Below, one piece after another: positions 48,629-58,944 of a stretch of DNA of 64,000 bases (position 1 is its first letter; every line of letters begins with the position of its first letter). A program made the position numbers and the translations under genes. This DNA is from Candidatus Omnitrophota bacterium. Lineage in GTDB: Bacteria > Omnitrophota > Gorgyraeia > S143-82. Below the pieces are notes generated by a model. That model searched no databases and had not been told where the DNA came from. It saw only the letters and a program-made list of their open reading frames with translations. The stretch covers positions 180,477-244,476 of the forward strand of contig WGBD01000001.1 of assembly GCA_015494465.1 (NCBI GenBank), in the 5' to 3' direction.

Positions 48629-50005
48629 ATGAAAAGGCGTAAGACACGAGCGAAAACCAAAATCCAGCTATCAAAGCGCAAGATCCGTCAAATGCTCATA
48701 ATTACCGCAATACTTATCGTCCCTCCCTTCATCCTCTGGGGGGTCAGTTCGGTGATAAGAAGCAATCGCAACTACTTCGTAGGCAAGATCGGATCGTGGC
48801 GTATTACCCGTCCACTATGGCGACGGGCCTTGATGCACACCCGGATAGACTACTTACTGAAGACGGGTATTCGAGAGCTTCCGCCTCAAGTCCTTGAGGA
48901 ATTCGCCTGGAATCGGCTCATACAACTTTACGCAAGCAAAAAGCAAAGGATAAAGGTAAGCGACGAGGAGCTGGCCAAATACATACAAAACTTACCCCTT
49001 TTTAAGGACGAAGACGGAAACTTCTCTTTGCAGGCCTACAGGCGGTTTCTAAACGCCATAGGCATCCCAGAAAAGGAATTCGAGGAGACCTTACGCGAGG
49101 ACCTCCTCCTAGAGAAACTCAAACAAAAGGTCTCTGTCAAGGCAACGGTAAGCGAAACTGAAATACAAGACGCATGGACTCGCTCCCAAGAAAAGTTTAA
49201 GTTAAGTTACTATCCGATTAAGTACGAGAAATTTTTGCCTCAGATCTCCATAAGCGAGGAAGAGATACGAGACTACTATTCAAAACACAAAGAGGAGCTG
49301 GTCATTCCCAAAAGGGTATGGCTATCCTTCGTGATAATACCCAAAGATAAAGCCATACCCCATCCTCTGCCCAAGTCTCTGGATGCCTTAGCAAAAGCTA
49401 TAGGAACCGAAGTAAAGAAGATTGGTCCTATTTCCAAAGAAGAAATCGTCCCGGAGATAGGCCTAGAGGAGGACTTCTACTCCTATGCCTTCAACCTCCC
49501 CGAGGGACAACGGAGTCCTTTGTTCACACTTTCTAACGGAAACAGGTGCCTCCTCCAGGTGGATCGCGTTGAAGAGAAGCACATCGGCCGACTGGACGAG
49601 GTCAAAGACCAGATCGTAGAGGCCCTAAAACTCGCAAAGGCAAAGGAACTGGCAAAAAAGGAGGCGAAAAAGCTCCTGCAAAGAGCAGAGGAGTTGAAGT
49701 GGCAGTCCATACAGGAGATCTCCGCGGAGGTCCCGTATTTACCTGAACTGGGCAAGACAGAGACGGTCGTAAAGGTGGTAAAAGAGGCCCTGAAAAAGGG
49801 GAACAAAGTTGCGATCCTACCCAAGGAACGGGCCCTCTACCTCATAAAGATCGAAAGATTTACCCCTGCACCAAAGGAAATACCAGAAGAGGAAAAAGAA
49901 AGGCTCAGACGCGAACTGCTGAAGCGCAAGCAGGCAGAACTTTACCGTCAATTCATACTGGACTTCATCGGCACCACACCCATGCAGAGACAACGCCCAA
50001 AATGA
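48629..50005 (+). CDS. membrane-anchored periplasmic chaperone, PpiD/SurA-like (putative)
   Basis: 458 aa with an N-terminal TM (MLIITAILIVPPFILWGV), followed by a SurA-N-like helical region and a possible parvulin-like segment. The assignment is by architecture only. Confidence 0.4.
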   Translation: MKRRKTRAKTKIQLSKRKIRQMLIITAILIVPPFILWGVSSVIRSNRNYFVGKIGSWRITRPLWRRALMHTRIDYLLKTGIRELPPQVLEEFAWNRLIQLYASKKQRIKVSDEELAKYIQNLPLFKDEDGNFSLQAYRRFLNAIGIPEKEFEETLREDLLLEKLKQKVSVKATVSETEIQDAWTRSQEKFKLSYYPIKYEKFLPQISISEEEIRDYYSKHKEELVIPKRVWLSFVIIPKDKAIPHPLPKSLDALAKAIGTEVKKIGPISKEEIVPEIGLEEDFYSYAFNLPEGQRSPLFTLSNGNRCLLQVDRVEEKHIGRLDEVKDQIVEALKLAKAKELAKKEAKKLLQRAEELKWQSIQEISAEVPYLPELGKTETVVKVVKEALKKGNKVAILPKERALYLIKIERFTPAPKEIPEEEKERLRRELLKRKQAELYRQFILDFIGTTPMQRQRPK

Positions 50006-50014
50006 CGGGCCTCA

Positions 50015-51085
50015 TCACCTGCTCATTATCTGGGTGAGGCTAAAAAGCGGGAGGAACATCGCAATTACGATAAAGCCCACCACCACTCCCATAAAGACTA
50101 TGAGAAACGGCTCCAGAAGTGAGGTAAGAGAAGACACCATCAATTCCATCTCCTCCTCGAAGATTTCCGCTACCTGGGAGAGCATCGGAGCCAACTTCCC
50201 GGTTTCCTCCCCAAGACTGATCATCTCCACCACCAACGGCGGGAAAAATCTCACCTGCGTACGAAGATAAGAACTTATCTCATCCCCTTCTTCCACGATA
50301 AATATCAACCGCTGTAGCAATGCCCTATAGACCTCGTTTTCTATGGTCCCCCTGGTTACGCTGATCGCCTCTACGATGGGAACACCGCTGGCCAGAAGCG
50401 TACTAAGGGTCTGGGCAATCCTTCCCACATAGAACCTCTTAAACAACCCTCCTATACCCGGTAATAACAAGATAAATTCATCCATCTTGTAGCGCACCCT
50501 AGGGAACCTTCGCAAGAAGGAAATCAGCCCGAAGACCCCTACGATAAACAGAGCACCGATCCACCAACTCTCGCGTACGAATTGAGAGGCCCCTAATAAC
50601 AGTCGCGTTGGCAAAGGGAGGGCCTCTCCGTATTCGCGAAACATCTTCATGAAAGAAGGCACGACGAATCCCATTATTATCAAAAGGATGACCAAGGCAA
50701 CCAATAGGACGAATACAGGATAGGCCAAGGCAGATATTATCTTCTTTTTGGTGCGATGCTGGTTCTCCAGAAAAGAGGCCAATCGCAAAAATATCTCGTC
50801 CAGAGATCCACTGGCCTCAGCCACCTTTACCATGTTTACATAGTAGACCGGAAAGATGGAAGGATACCTAGCAAGGGCATCCGAGAGCTTGTCACCCTGT
50901 TCGACCTGTACCGCTAGAGAGGCCACGATCCCGGCAAAGGCGCGATTCGTCAGCTGAGAGGAAAGGGTGTGAAGGGCCCGTACCAGTGGGATGCCTGCCC
51001 TCAACATCACCGCCAGCTGGCGGGTAAAATAAATAAGTTGCCCAGCGGGTATCCTGCTGGGCAACTTTAGGAATCGCAGATCCAT
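50015..51085 (-). CDS. pilC: type IV pilus / T2SS platform protein PilC/GspF family
   Basis: 356 aa with two T2SSF-like repeats (AGIPLVRALHTL...; SGVPIVEAISVT...) and three TM segments. Confidence 0.7.
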   Translation of the reverse strand: MDLRFLKLPSRIPAGQLIYFTRQLAVMLRAGIPLVRALHTLSSQLTNRAFAGIVASLAVQVEQGDKLSDALARYPSIFPVYYVNMVKVAEASGSLDEIFLRLASFLENQHRTKKKIISALAYPVFVLLVALVILLIIMGFVVPSFMKMFREYGEALPLPTRLLLGASQFVRESWWIGALFIVGVFGLISFLRRFPRVRYKMDEFILLLPGIGGLFKRFYVGRIAQTLSTLLASGVPIVEAISVTRGTIENEVYRALLQRLIFIVEEGDEISSYLRTQVRFFPPLVVEMISLGEETGKLAPMLSQVAEIFEEEMELMVSSLTSLLEPFLIVFMGVVVGFIVIAMFLPLFSLTQIMSR

Positions 51086-51099
51086 GTCTAAGGGGCGAA

Positions 51100-52365
51100 C
51101 TATCGCACCCTATCTCCAGGCTTTATCTCCTCACTACCGTACAGCTTGATGATGTCTGCTGCACACACGTTGTCCTTTAGCATTCGTACTCTTACCCGCG
51201 CTATCTGTTTATCCCCCCGCAAGACATCGAACTCCATACCCTCTACTACCCCGTCCTTCTTGCCCAGATCTATCACCACGAAGTTGTGCGCCTCGTTAAC
51301 GCTCAGGATCTTGCCCTCCAGCTTCAACCCCGTATTCACCACCTTCTCCTCAGCCACGGCCGATCCCGACTTGGCTGAACCCACTACTATCGGAGGCAGG
51401 TCTACGACCTGGCTCTTAGCCAACGACTTGGAGGAAGTAGCCTGCATGTCCTTCATCTTCTCCGCCAAGGTCAAGATCTGATCTATGCTCTCGCGCACCG
51501 CGGTATCCATGTCCTCAAGATACCGCTTTAGCAGTTCCTTTTCCTCCTCTGTCTTCGATAGCCTTTTCTCTAGGTAAGTCTCCGACTTGGTGAGCTTTAT
51601 CACCTTATCCTTTATCAGACGGTTCTCTTGCTCCATCTTGTCCAATATCTCCTTCATGGCTCTACGATTCTCTTTCTCTTTTACGAAGTCGCGGGAGAGG
51701 ATGGCCAACATCCTACGGGCATAGTTCAACTGACGCTCAAGCTCCTTGTTTTTCAACTCGGTCTGGGCAAGCTTTATCTCTAGCTCTAACTTCTTTTGTA
51801 AGGCCTCTTTCCTCTCGACCTCTTTCTTGCGAAGCTGATTCTCCAATTCCTCGACCTTGGCCTCGAGCTCTGCCTTTTTCTGAACCACATCTGCCCAGAA
51901 TGGGTCAGCCTCTAGACCCGAAGGGCTAACCTCAGAAGACACCTTACGCTTAGGCCTGCTCTTCAGATCCTCCAGCTCCTCTTTCAGATCCGCCAGCTCC
52001 TCGACCTTCTTCTCGTACTTCTCTCGCAAGTCCTCTAGATCCTCTTGGAGAGCGGTCTTCTCTTTAGCCAGGGAATTGTACTTCTCCTCCAGGTCCTTTT
52101 TCTCCAACTTGAGGGACATTATCTGCCTCTTGTAGCTCTGGATGTCCTTCTTTACCTTCTGGAGTTCCTCACTGATCTTTTTCTTCTCTTGTTCCACTGC
52201 CTGTTTCTGACGGGCGAGTTCGGATATCTTGGCCTCGTATTGGCGACGCTGGGAAAGGAGTCGGGCATGCTCGTTCCGATAATCCATGTAGAACTTGATG
52301 CTGATGCCACCTAGCGCTAGGACTAGCAAAAGGAAAAGAACTATTACTAACTTGACTCTTTCCAT
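51100..52365 (-). CDS. membrane-anchored long coiled-coil protein with small C-terminal beta-rich domain
   Basis: N-terminal TM, about 300 aa of heptad-rich K/E/L sequence, and a C-terminal of about 70 aa (FVVIDLGKKDGVVEGMEFDVLR...IKPGDRV) that is OB/SH3-like. Confidence 0.45.
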   Translation of the reverse strand: MERVKLVIVLFLLLVLALGGISIKFYMDYRNEHARLLSQRRQYEAKISELARQKQAVEQEKKKISEELQKVKKDIQSYKRQIMSLKLEKKDLEEKYNSLAKEKTALQEDLEDLREKYEKKVEELADLKEELEDLKSRPKRKVSSEVSPSGLEADPFWADVVQKKAELEAKVEELENQLRKKEVERKEALQKKLELEIKLAQTELKNKELERQLNYARRMLAILSRDFVKEKENRRAMKEILDKMEQENRLIKDKVIKLTKSETYLEKRLSKTEEEKELLKRYLEDMDTAVRESIDQILTLAEKMKDMQATSSKSLAKSQVVDLPPIVVGSAKSGSAVAEEKVVNTGLKLEGKILSVNEAHNFVVIDLGKKDGVVEGMEFDVLRGDKQIARVRVRMLKDNVCAADIIKLYGSEEIKPGDRVR

Positions 52366-52455
52366 TTACGCCCCCCTTTTCCCTCTCCTTTTAACGGCGG
52401 AACCTAAAACTGCCCTCCCTTTACCTCGGTTTGCGCCTCTATTATAACTTAAAGA

Positions 52456-53676
52456 TCACAGTTGGGCAAAGACATTTCTCATAACGAGGCTAGCAGCCCC
52501 TAAGGCGACCGCATTTTCCCCTAACCGCGAAGGCATTATCCTAGCCACTGAGGCCATCTCGTGAAAGGCCCAGGAATCCACCACCTCTCGCACGGTATCT
52601 ATTAGCTCACTCCCTAGCCTCTCTATCCCCCCTCCGACGACTACCACCTGAGGATTGAGCAAGTTCACCAACAAAGCGCACTTCAGGCCTAGACACCTGG
52701 CCTTCTCTCTTACCACATCTCTCACCAAGGGATCCCCTTGCTTCATGGCCTCCACGACGAGATCGAAGGTAATCTTATCCTTGTTCCCCTCGCAGAGAGT
52801 CATCAGGGGGGTAATGTCCTCCCGCTTTATCTGGAGCCTTTTCTTCAACTCCCTCACTATACCCATGTCCGAATCAGGACGCCCCAGAAAACAGGAATCC
52901 TTGGCCACTGCACTTTGTTCGGGGTTGTAAAGCGTAAGTTCTCCTGCGCATCCACTGCTTCCCCTGTATAGGTCGCCTCCTAGTATCATCCCACAGCCCA
53001 CACCGGAAAACAGGTATATCAGATTCTCTACCGAGGAGTCCATGTAGAACCAATACTCACCAAAGGCAGCTACGGTGGCGTCGTTCTCGACCAGCGTGGG
53101 CAGGTTGAACTCCCTCTCTATGTACTCCTTCAAAGGCACGTATATCGAGACATACTCGTACTCGTCTTCGGAGATCCTCTCGGGCCACTTTATAGCCCCG
53201 CTCTGCCTATCCACTATCCCACCTATCCCTATCCCAATCCCCTTTATCTTGGACTTATCTCCCTCGAACTTCTCCAATACCTCCCTGACCAGGTCCTTTA
53301 TGGTGGCAACGATGTCCCTTATCTGCATCTTATCAGGAGTGCGTTTGGCCTGAGAGAGGATCTGACCGTCTATGTTGGTCAGGACCGCAGTGAGGTTATT
53401 CATGTTGACCCCAACCCCTATCACATAGCTGGCATCGGGATTCAGGTCCAACAGCACCGGGCGCCTACCACCCTGGGAGATGTCCAGCTCCTTCTCCACC
53501 ACGAAGTCGTTCTCTAGAAAGTGGTTGATGTAGTTGGTCACGGTAACCACATTTAAACCGACCATGTTGGAGATCTCGGCCTTGGTGAGTGGACCGGCCT
53601 TGCGCAGTGTCTCCAAGATGGCCACATTACGCCTGGCGCGTTCGTTAAAGCGAGTTACCTCTTTTAGAGAATCCAT
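52456..53676 (-). CDS. ROK-family transcriptional regulator (NagC/Mlc-like)
   Basis: N-terminal HTH (ILETLRKAGPLTKAEISNMVGLNVVTVTNYINHF) plus a ROK sugar-kinase-like domain with glycine-rich motifs. Confidence 0.7.
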   Translation of the reverse strand: MDSLKEVTRFNERARRNVAILETLRKAGPLTKAEISNMVGLNVVTVTNYINHFLENDFVVEKELDISQGGRRPVLLDLNPDASYVIGVGVNMNNLTAVLTNIDGQILSQAKRTPDKMQIRDIVATIKDLVREVLEKFEGDKSKIKGIGIGIGGIVDRQSGAIKWPERISEDEYEYVSIYVPLKEYIEREFNLPTLVENDATVAAFGEYWFYMDSSVENLIYLFSGVGCGMILGGDLYRGSSGCAGELTLYNPEQSAVAKDSCFLGRPDSDMGIVRELKKRLQIKREDITPLMTLCEGNKDKITFDLVVEAMKQGDPLVRDVVREKARCLGLKCALLVNLLNPQVVVVGGGIERLGSELIDTVREVVDSWAFHEMASVARIMPSRLGENAVALGAASLVMRNVFAQL

Positions 53677-53769
53677 ACCACCGCTCCTTGATTAACCTAT
53701 CTCGTCCCCCATTTACGCACCTTTATTTTACAACAAAACCGAATATATGTTAAAAAGTTTTTGACCAAA

Positions 53770-56355
53770 TTAAAAATCTTTCTCGTAGACCAATCTAAAG
53801 AGGTGCTGAGTATCCACTGCGGAGAGGTGCCAATAAGTAGGATCCAGATAATTGGCATATTCTCCCCACATAAATCTCAGGTGCTGATCCTCCCTTATCT
53901 CCCAGGACAGGCCCAAGAAGAAGTTGTGGTGATCGTCGTAATCCAGTCGGCGAGTCTGGTTATACTCGTAGAGATCGTACATCCTACTGTAGACATAGCT
54001 GAACCACAATTGGAGAGAGGGGGTAAGGTCGTATACGAGATCCAGGCCTAAGTGATTCACATTGTCGTCTATCCCAGTGGCGAACTTGTTCTCGTTCCTA
54101 GTAAAACTACCCCTCACCTCTAGCCACTCTACGGGCCTCCAGGAAAGTTTTACCCGGAAGATGTCGTAATAATCGTAGGGGGGAAGGCCAAAGATATCTT
54201 GGTCGTAGAGAAACGGCACCATGGCATCCCACAGTATCCCATCCCTGCTCACATCCGTGACATAGGTGTCGTAGAAGAGAAGCCGAGGGAAGTCCATGGG
54301 ATCGTTAGTCCTCTCCCAGATCCCCTCTAGGTTCAACTTTTCATCTCCCACTCGTATACCACCCGAGAAGTGACCTATAGAAGGATCCTCTCCTTCGGAG
54401 ATGGAGTTATTCTGAAGACATTCCACCTGTCCGCTGTAGTAATCGCTGAGCGCATACACATTATCCGCCAATAGAAGGGGATCCTTACCCGCCTTGGTAT
54501 CTGGCAAGAACTTATACCAAAACAATCCCCTCACCGCTATCCAATCCTTCGGTCTGCAACCGAGCTCAGCCCGAACGAGGGTCTCAACTTCATCCCCAGA
54601 ATCCGTATCGACCTTGCGCAGGTAGAAGTCGTAATCCCAACGAGGGAAAAGTCCTTTCGAATAGATCCCAAAGACCCTACGCCCCCGCTCCATACCGTCC
54701 CCATAGGCCAGGTAATAGTCGGCGGTAATCTCTTCGGGGAGGGGATCGAAGTAGAGATGTTTGGTGCGCTCTTCCTCTTTACGGGTATAGCGATAGTTAG
54801 AGAGCCCGGGGTTAAAGGTGTCGTCCATGTAGGCCCCGTAGGCACCGACCACCTGCCGTTTAGGTATCGGCCACCACTCAAATCCTCCTGCGTAGGCGTA
54901 TCCGTGGAAGCTATTCAGGAAGCCGTTCGCCTCACTTATCCTCGTCCAACTGTAACCTATCTCTCCCTTCAAACTAACCCCCTCGTAGCAAGGGAGGAGC
55001 AGATCTACCGCAATGGTATCGTTCTTTGCCTCTAGGTGCTCGTCTGCGTCGAATCCACGCTTCCCGGTGTAGGTAAGGCCCACGAATCCCCCCGGGAAGG
55101 AATCCAGATCCAGCTTCCACCTGCTTGCCATCTCCCCGCTGTTGAGATCGGTCCAGTCGTCCCACAGGGTCATAGGGAAGGCGAGCACCGTCTCCGACTC
55201 CCAAAAGTCCCCGTATAAGGCGAGCCTGGCCCCTCTCAGATAGGTCAATCTATTCCAATCGCTATCCCTCACATAGGCGGATATGTTCCGGACCCACTTG
55301 CCACCTTTAAGGGGATTCCCCGAGCGTGCAAACACCCTGCTGGGATCGTAGGTATCTATCCATGGGCTCTCCTCCCACGGCCTCTTGTTGTTGGAGAGCC
55401 TCAAAGGATCGTCAGAAGTCAAGGCCTGAGATTGATCGCTTATCGGGAAGAGCTTGAATTCATAGAAGTCGTTCGCCCAGGCCACCCAAAGGTCTCTTAT
55501 CAGGTTCCAGCGAGTGTGTACCTTTTCTCCACCTATAGGCTCAAAGTAGGTGTACCAATCGTACAGGCCCTCCGGGGTATAAGGGGATAGCCTACCGTGG
55601 TTGACCTTTATCTCGTCGAAGTTCAAGACATTTCCGTACTTCGTCCGGAAGATCTCGTTCATCGTCCTTCCCGTTGCGTAGATGTACTTAAGCCTCACAT
55701 CCGCTTCGTCTCCCCCTGCAGTGGCCTCCACATGCACATCTACATCACCCACATAGGACCAAGGATCCAAGACGAACTTGGTGTAGAATTCCGGGCCCTT
55801 CCCGGTACTATGCAGTTCCAATTGCAGTCGATCGTAGACCTTCGGATCGAAGGTGTTCTCCCTCTCATCACCCCAAAGATAGCGCCAGGACTTCTCGTAA
55901 GGGACCGACTCCTTGTCTGGATTGGCGTACTTCCAAAGCAGGTCTCCATCCGATTCCATCGCCACCGCCATTCTTACCCTACCCTTTACCTCCAACCAAG
56001 GGCCCTTCGTCTTGCCTTCCTTGGGACACGCCTTAACCAAATTTTCTTTATCCCCTTCCCGATCCAAAAGGGCCTGGGCCATTGCCAACTCCCTTTGCTG
56101 GTCAGGACAAAGTCGTCCCTGGGCCGACAACAGGTTTCCATAACTGACCAGCTCTTCGTTCCAACATCCTCGCTTAGCCAGAAGTGAAAACTCCACCTGG
56201 GCCCTCTTCCAGTCCTTATTTGCTATTGCCCGTCTTAAACCATCTATTTGGCAGGCATCGGGTCCGGAGGCCATTAGGCCGAAAGGAGAGGACAGAGACA
56301 CCAGAAAAGAGATAAATGCGAACACACGAACACGGAAAGCAATCGCCCCCCGCAT
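53770..56355 (-). CDS. large outer-membrane beta-barrel protein (putative)
   Basis: 861 aa with an N-terminal signal peptide, aromatic-rich alternating beta-strand-like sequence, and a C-terminal ...VYEKDF ending in Phe, as in OMP beta-barrels. Confidence 0.4.
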   Translation of the reverse strand: MRGAIAFRVRVFAFISFLVSLSSPFGLMASGPDACQIDGLRRAIANKDWKRAQVEFSLLAKRGCWNEELVSYGNLLSAQGRLCPDQQRELAMAQALLDREGDKENLVKACPKEGKTKGPWLEVKGRVRMAVAMESDGDLLWKYANPDKESVPYEKSWRYLWGDERENTFDPKVYDRLQLELHSTGKGPEFYTKFVLDPWSYVGDVDVHVEATAGGDEADVRLKYIYATGRTMNEIFRTKYGNVLNFDEIKVNHGRLSPYTPEGLYDWYTYFEPIGGEKVHTRWNLIRDLWVAWANDFYEFKLFPISDQSQALTSDDPLRLSNNKRPWEESPWIDTYDPSRVFARSGNPLKGGKWVRNISAYVRDSDWNRLTYLRGARLALYGDFWESETVLAFPMTLWDDWTDLNSGEMASRWKLDLDSFPGGFVGLTYTGKRGFDADEHLEAKNDTIAVDLLLPCYEGVSLKGEIGYSWTRISEANGFLNSFHGYAYAGGFEWWPIPKRQVVGAYGAYMDDTFNPGLSNYRYTRKEEERTKHLYFDPLPEEITADYYLAYGDGMERGRRVFGIYSKGLFPRWDYDFYLRKVDTDSGDEVETLVRAELGCRPKDWIAVRGLFWYKFLPDTKAGKDPLLLADNVYALSDYYSGQVECLQNNSISEGEDPSIGHFSGGIRVGDEKLNLEGIWERTNDPMDFPRLLFYDTYVTDVSRDGILWDAMVPFLYDQDIFGLPPYDYYDIFRVKLSWRPVEWLEVRGSFTRNENKFATGIDDNVNHLGLDLVYDLTPSLQLWFSYVYSRMYDLYEYNQTRRLDYDDHHNFFLGLSWEIREDQHLRFMWGEYANYLDPTYWHLSAVDTQHLFRLVYEKDF

Positions 56356-56404
56356 AAAACTCGAATACCCCCCTTTTATAGCCCCAGAGATCTACAGCGA
56401 ACGA

Positions 56405-57691
56405 TCAATCGACCAGACTACCCAGCTCCTTTTCTTTCTCTGCCATAGTGGGCGAGGTCCACAGCGTCTTCAACACATAAAAGCTCTTCCTCGGCTTGCG
56501 TATGTTCCAACCGTGCCGGGGATCCTTCTTCCTAGAGATTGCGATTAATCCCCACCACTCTTCGTTCATGTTCAGGTTGTGATCACAGGCGATGTCGTGA
56601 TAATATCCACCGCAGGACCAATCTCCCTTCTTGTCGTGTCGCCACCAGCTCTTTGGGTCGAACACATTGCTCTTCCACCACTCGTCCGTCCACTCAAAGA
56701 CTATCCCCCCCACGACATTTCCTCTGCCCGTACCCACCGCAAGGTTCCTCTCTATCTCTTTCCACAAGGCGGCTATGTACTCCGCTTGGATGTCCTCGTT
56801 CTCTTGCATGTGCAGGGCATCGAACGCGTCTGCTCCAAACTCCATCACGAAAAATGGCTTCCGGGGACAATACCTGGCCACATCTCTCCACACATGCCCA
56901 AAGCTCTTGCCAGTAAACAGGTTTAGTCCCAAGATGTCTATGTGCTTGCAGATCCTACCCGCCACCTCCAATCCTCGCGTACCACCGTTACCCATGGCCA
57001 CCAACCTGTCGGGATCTATCCGCTTTATCTCCTTGGCCAGGGAGTCTACGAAGGAGTAATATATCTCCGCCTGCCGTTCCCTCCGACGAGCAGGGTCCCT
57101 GATCTCCAAAAGTTCCTTAGTAATCCAGGGATTCACATTCTCGGGGCCAAAAGAATAATTATTCTCGTTGCCCAACACCCACATGATGATGCCAGGCTCG
57201 TTTTTCAAGGCCTTGACCATCCGCAGGACATCCCGGCGGACCTTCCGGCGGAACTTTGGGTCCCCGTAATTGGGGTTGTCCCAAAACCCCAGCCAGTGCC
57301 CCATTATGGTGTAGATCCCGTACTCTTTATAGAGCTTGTGGATAAACCTCTTGGTGGCCTTTATGTCCTTGCTAGGCTGGTAGAATCGGACCACATTTGC
57401 TCCCAATTCCTTCAATAGAGGGCCATCAACATCCAATATGGAGGGATGGGCAAAGATGTCGAACTGCCAGTTCTTCCCAATCGGTATAGGCTGATAGACC
57501 ACCCCCCGGATGATAAACGGTTTACCGTACACATACAAAACGCACCCTTTGGAGGTATGTTTTATCTCGGAGATAGCCGAATTACCGACTAGCCCAAGGG
57601 GAAATAGGAATAAAAATAACACGAGGGCCCTAACCAGGGCCCTCGCTCCGTTCAAACGCGAACTATCGGATAACCTATTATTCACCCTCAT
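56405..57691 (-). CDS. clan GH-A glycoside hydrolase (GH2/GH5-like TIM-barrel catalytic domain)
   Basis: Signal peptide. Acid/base-type motif IIMWVLGNENNY (cf. GH2 WSxxNE) and nucleophile-type VMEFGAD. Confidence 0.5.
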   Translation of the reverse strand: MRVNNRLSDSSRLNGARALVRALVLFLFLFPLGLVGNSAISEIKHTSKGCVLYVYGKPFIIRGVVYQPIPIGKNWQFDIFAHPSILDVDGPLLKELGANVVRFYQPSKDIKATKRFIHKLYKEYGIYTIMGHWLGFWDNPNYGDPKFRRKVRRDVLRMVKALKNEPGIIMWVLGNENNYSFGPENVNPWITKELLEIRDPARRRERQAEIYYSFVDSLAKEIKRIDPDRLVAMGNGGTRGLEVAGRICKHIDILGLNLFTGKSFGHVWRDVARYCPRKPFFVMEFGADAFDALHMQENEDIQAEYIAALWKEIERNLAVGTGRGNVVGGIVFEWTDEWWKSNVFDPKSWWRHDKKGDWSCGGYYHDIACDHNLNMNEEWWGLIAISRKKDPRHGWNIRKPRKSFYVLKTLWTSPTMAEKEKELGSLVD

Positions 57692-58841
57692 AGATTATGT
57701 CGTCTAGATAAAAGGTGCAACCGTTGGGATTCACATCCATGTTGGTCACCCAGCAGAAACCACCTATGATGTAGGACATGTCCTTTCCGGAGAGGTCTAT
57801 AGTGTACTTCTTCCATTCCTTGGTCAAGACTATGGGACCTATTTCAGCGCTGTCGGAATCGGAATACTTGTCCTGGATACCTCCAACCTTGAACGCCTCT
57901 ATCCTCTCTCCGCCTTTTTCTCCTCTGGCCCAGAAGGTGAGTTTCTTGGCCTTGCTCAGGTCGTAACCTGCGTCTATCTTTCCCCAGTTGTTGGCCGGCT
58001 CGAGCCAATACACCCCAGCCCAACGGGCACCCCTGGAACCCTGAGCAGTGTAGGTGAACTTTATACAGGTGTCCCCACTGTGAGGATCCTCCTCACAGGC
58101 ATCGTCCATCTTTATGTCGCTATAATCCCCCATGAACCCAGAAGGTACGAAGTGATTCTTTAAGGATCTCTTGTCGATGTAGACCGCAAACGGCATAGGC
58201 TCCGGACCTTTGACCTCCGCCTTGAGAGTGGGATCGTATTCGTAACGGATGTCGTCAAGGTAGAAGGTCGCACCGTCGGGATTTTGACCTGCCTGCAGTA
58301 CGAAGGCAAATCCACCGCTGATGTAGGACAGATCCTTGCCAGCCAGGTTTATCTCGTACCTCTGCCACTCGTCGCTAAGCTGGATAGGACCGATGGATAC
58401 CTCGGTGGAATCCGGGTAGAGCCCCTTGATCCCCCCTACCATAAACTTGGCTACTATCTCGTCCCCGTATTCACCTTTTGCCCAGAAGGTCAACTTGTTC
58501 ATCGAAGAGAGATCGTAACCTCCTAGCTTGGTCCCCCAGTTGTTGGGTGGGTTCTGCCAATATACGCCAGCCCATCCCTGCCCTTGGGACTTGTCAGCGG
58601 TGTAGACTACCTGGATGCAGGTCTTCCCAGAATGGACATCCTCGGTGTAGGCATCGTTGATCCGGATGTCTCCGTAATCGCCCATGTAACCAGACGGCAC
58701 ATAATGGTTGCTAGGATCACCCTTATCCGTATAGACATTAAAGACCTTGCCTTCAGGAATCTTTATCCCCTGGGGCTTCTCAGCGTAAACCACACCACCC
58801 AACCCAAGGCACAGCACCGCAAACGCCAGCAATCTCCGCAT
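57678..58841 (-). CDS. secreted protein with tandemly duplicated carbohydrate-binding-like domain
   Basis: Signal peptide, then two ~170-aa internal repeats sharing NH(Y/F)VPSG(Y/F)MGDY.DI...D...ED.HSG.TCI...YTA...G..WAGVYW..P.NNWG...GYDLS...KLTFWA.GE.G. Confidence 0.5.
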   Translation of the reverse strand: MRRLLAFAVLCLGLGGVVYAEKPQGIKIPEGKVFNVYTDKGDPSNHYVPSGYMGDYGDIRINDAYTEDVHSGKTCIQVVYTADKSQGQGWAGVYWQNPPNNWGTKLGGYDLSSMNKLTFWAKGEYGDEIVAKFMVGGIKGLYPDSTEVSIGPIQLSDEWQRYEINLAGKDLSYISGGFAFVLQAGQNPDGATFYLDDIRYEYDPTLKAEVKGPEPMPFAVYIDKRSLKNHFVPSGFMGDYSDIKMDDACEEDPHSGDTCIKFTYTAQGSRGARWAGVYWLEPANNWGKIDAGYDLSKAKKLTFWARGEKGGERIEAFKVGGIQDKYSDSDSAEIGPIVLTKEWKKYTIDLSGKDMSYIIGGFCWVTNMDVNPNGCTFYLDDIIYEGE

Positions 58842-58944
58842 ATCAGCACCTCCTCTTTCTTCCCGTCACTCTACCGACTTCCTAATTTAACATTCTATCC
58901 CAATCTCCTCTGAAAGTCAAAAATGGATTTAAACTTTTTTAAAA

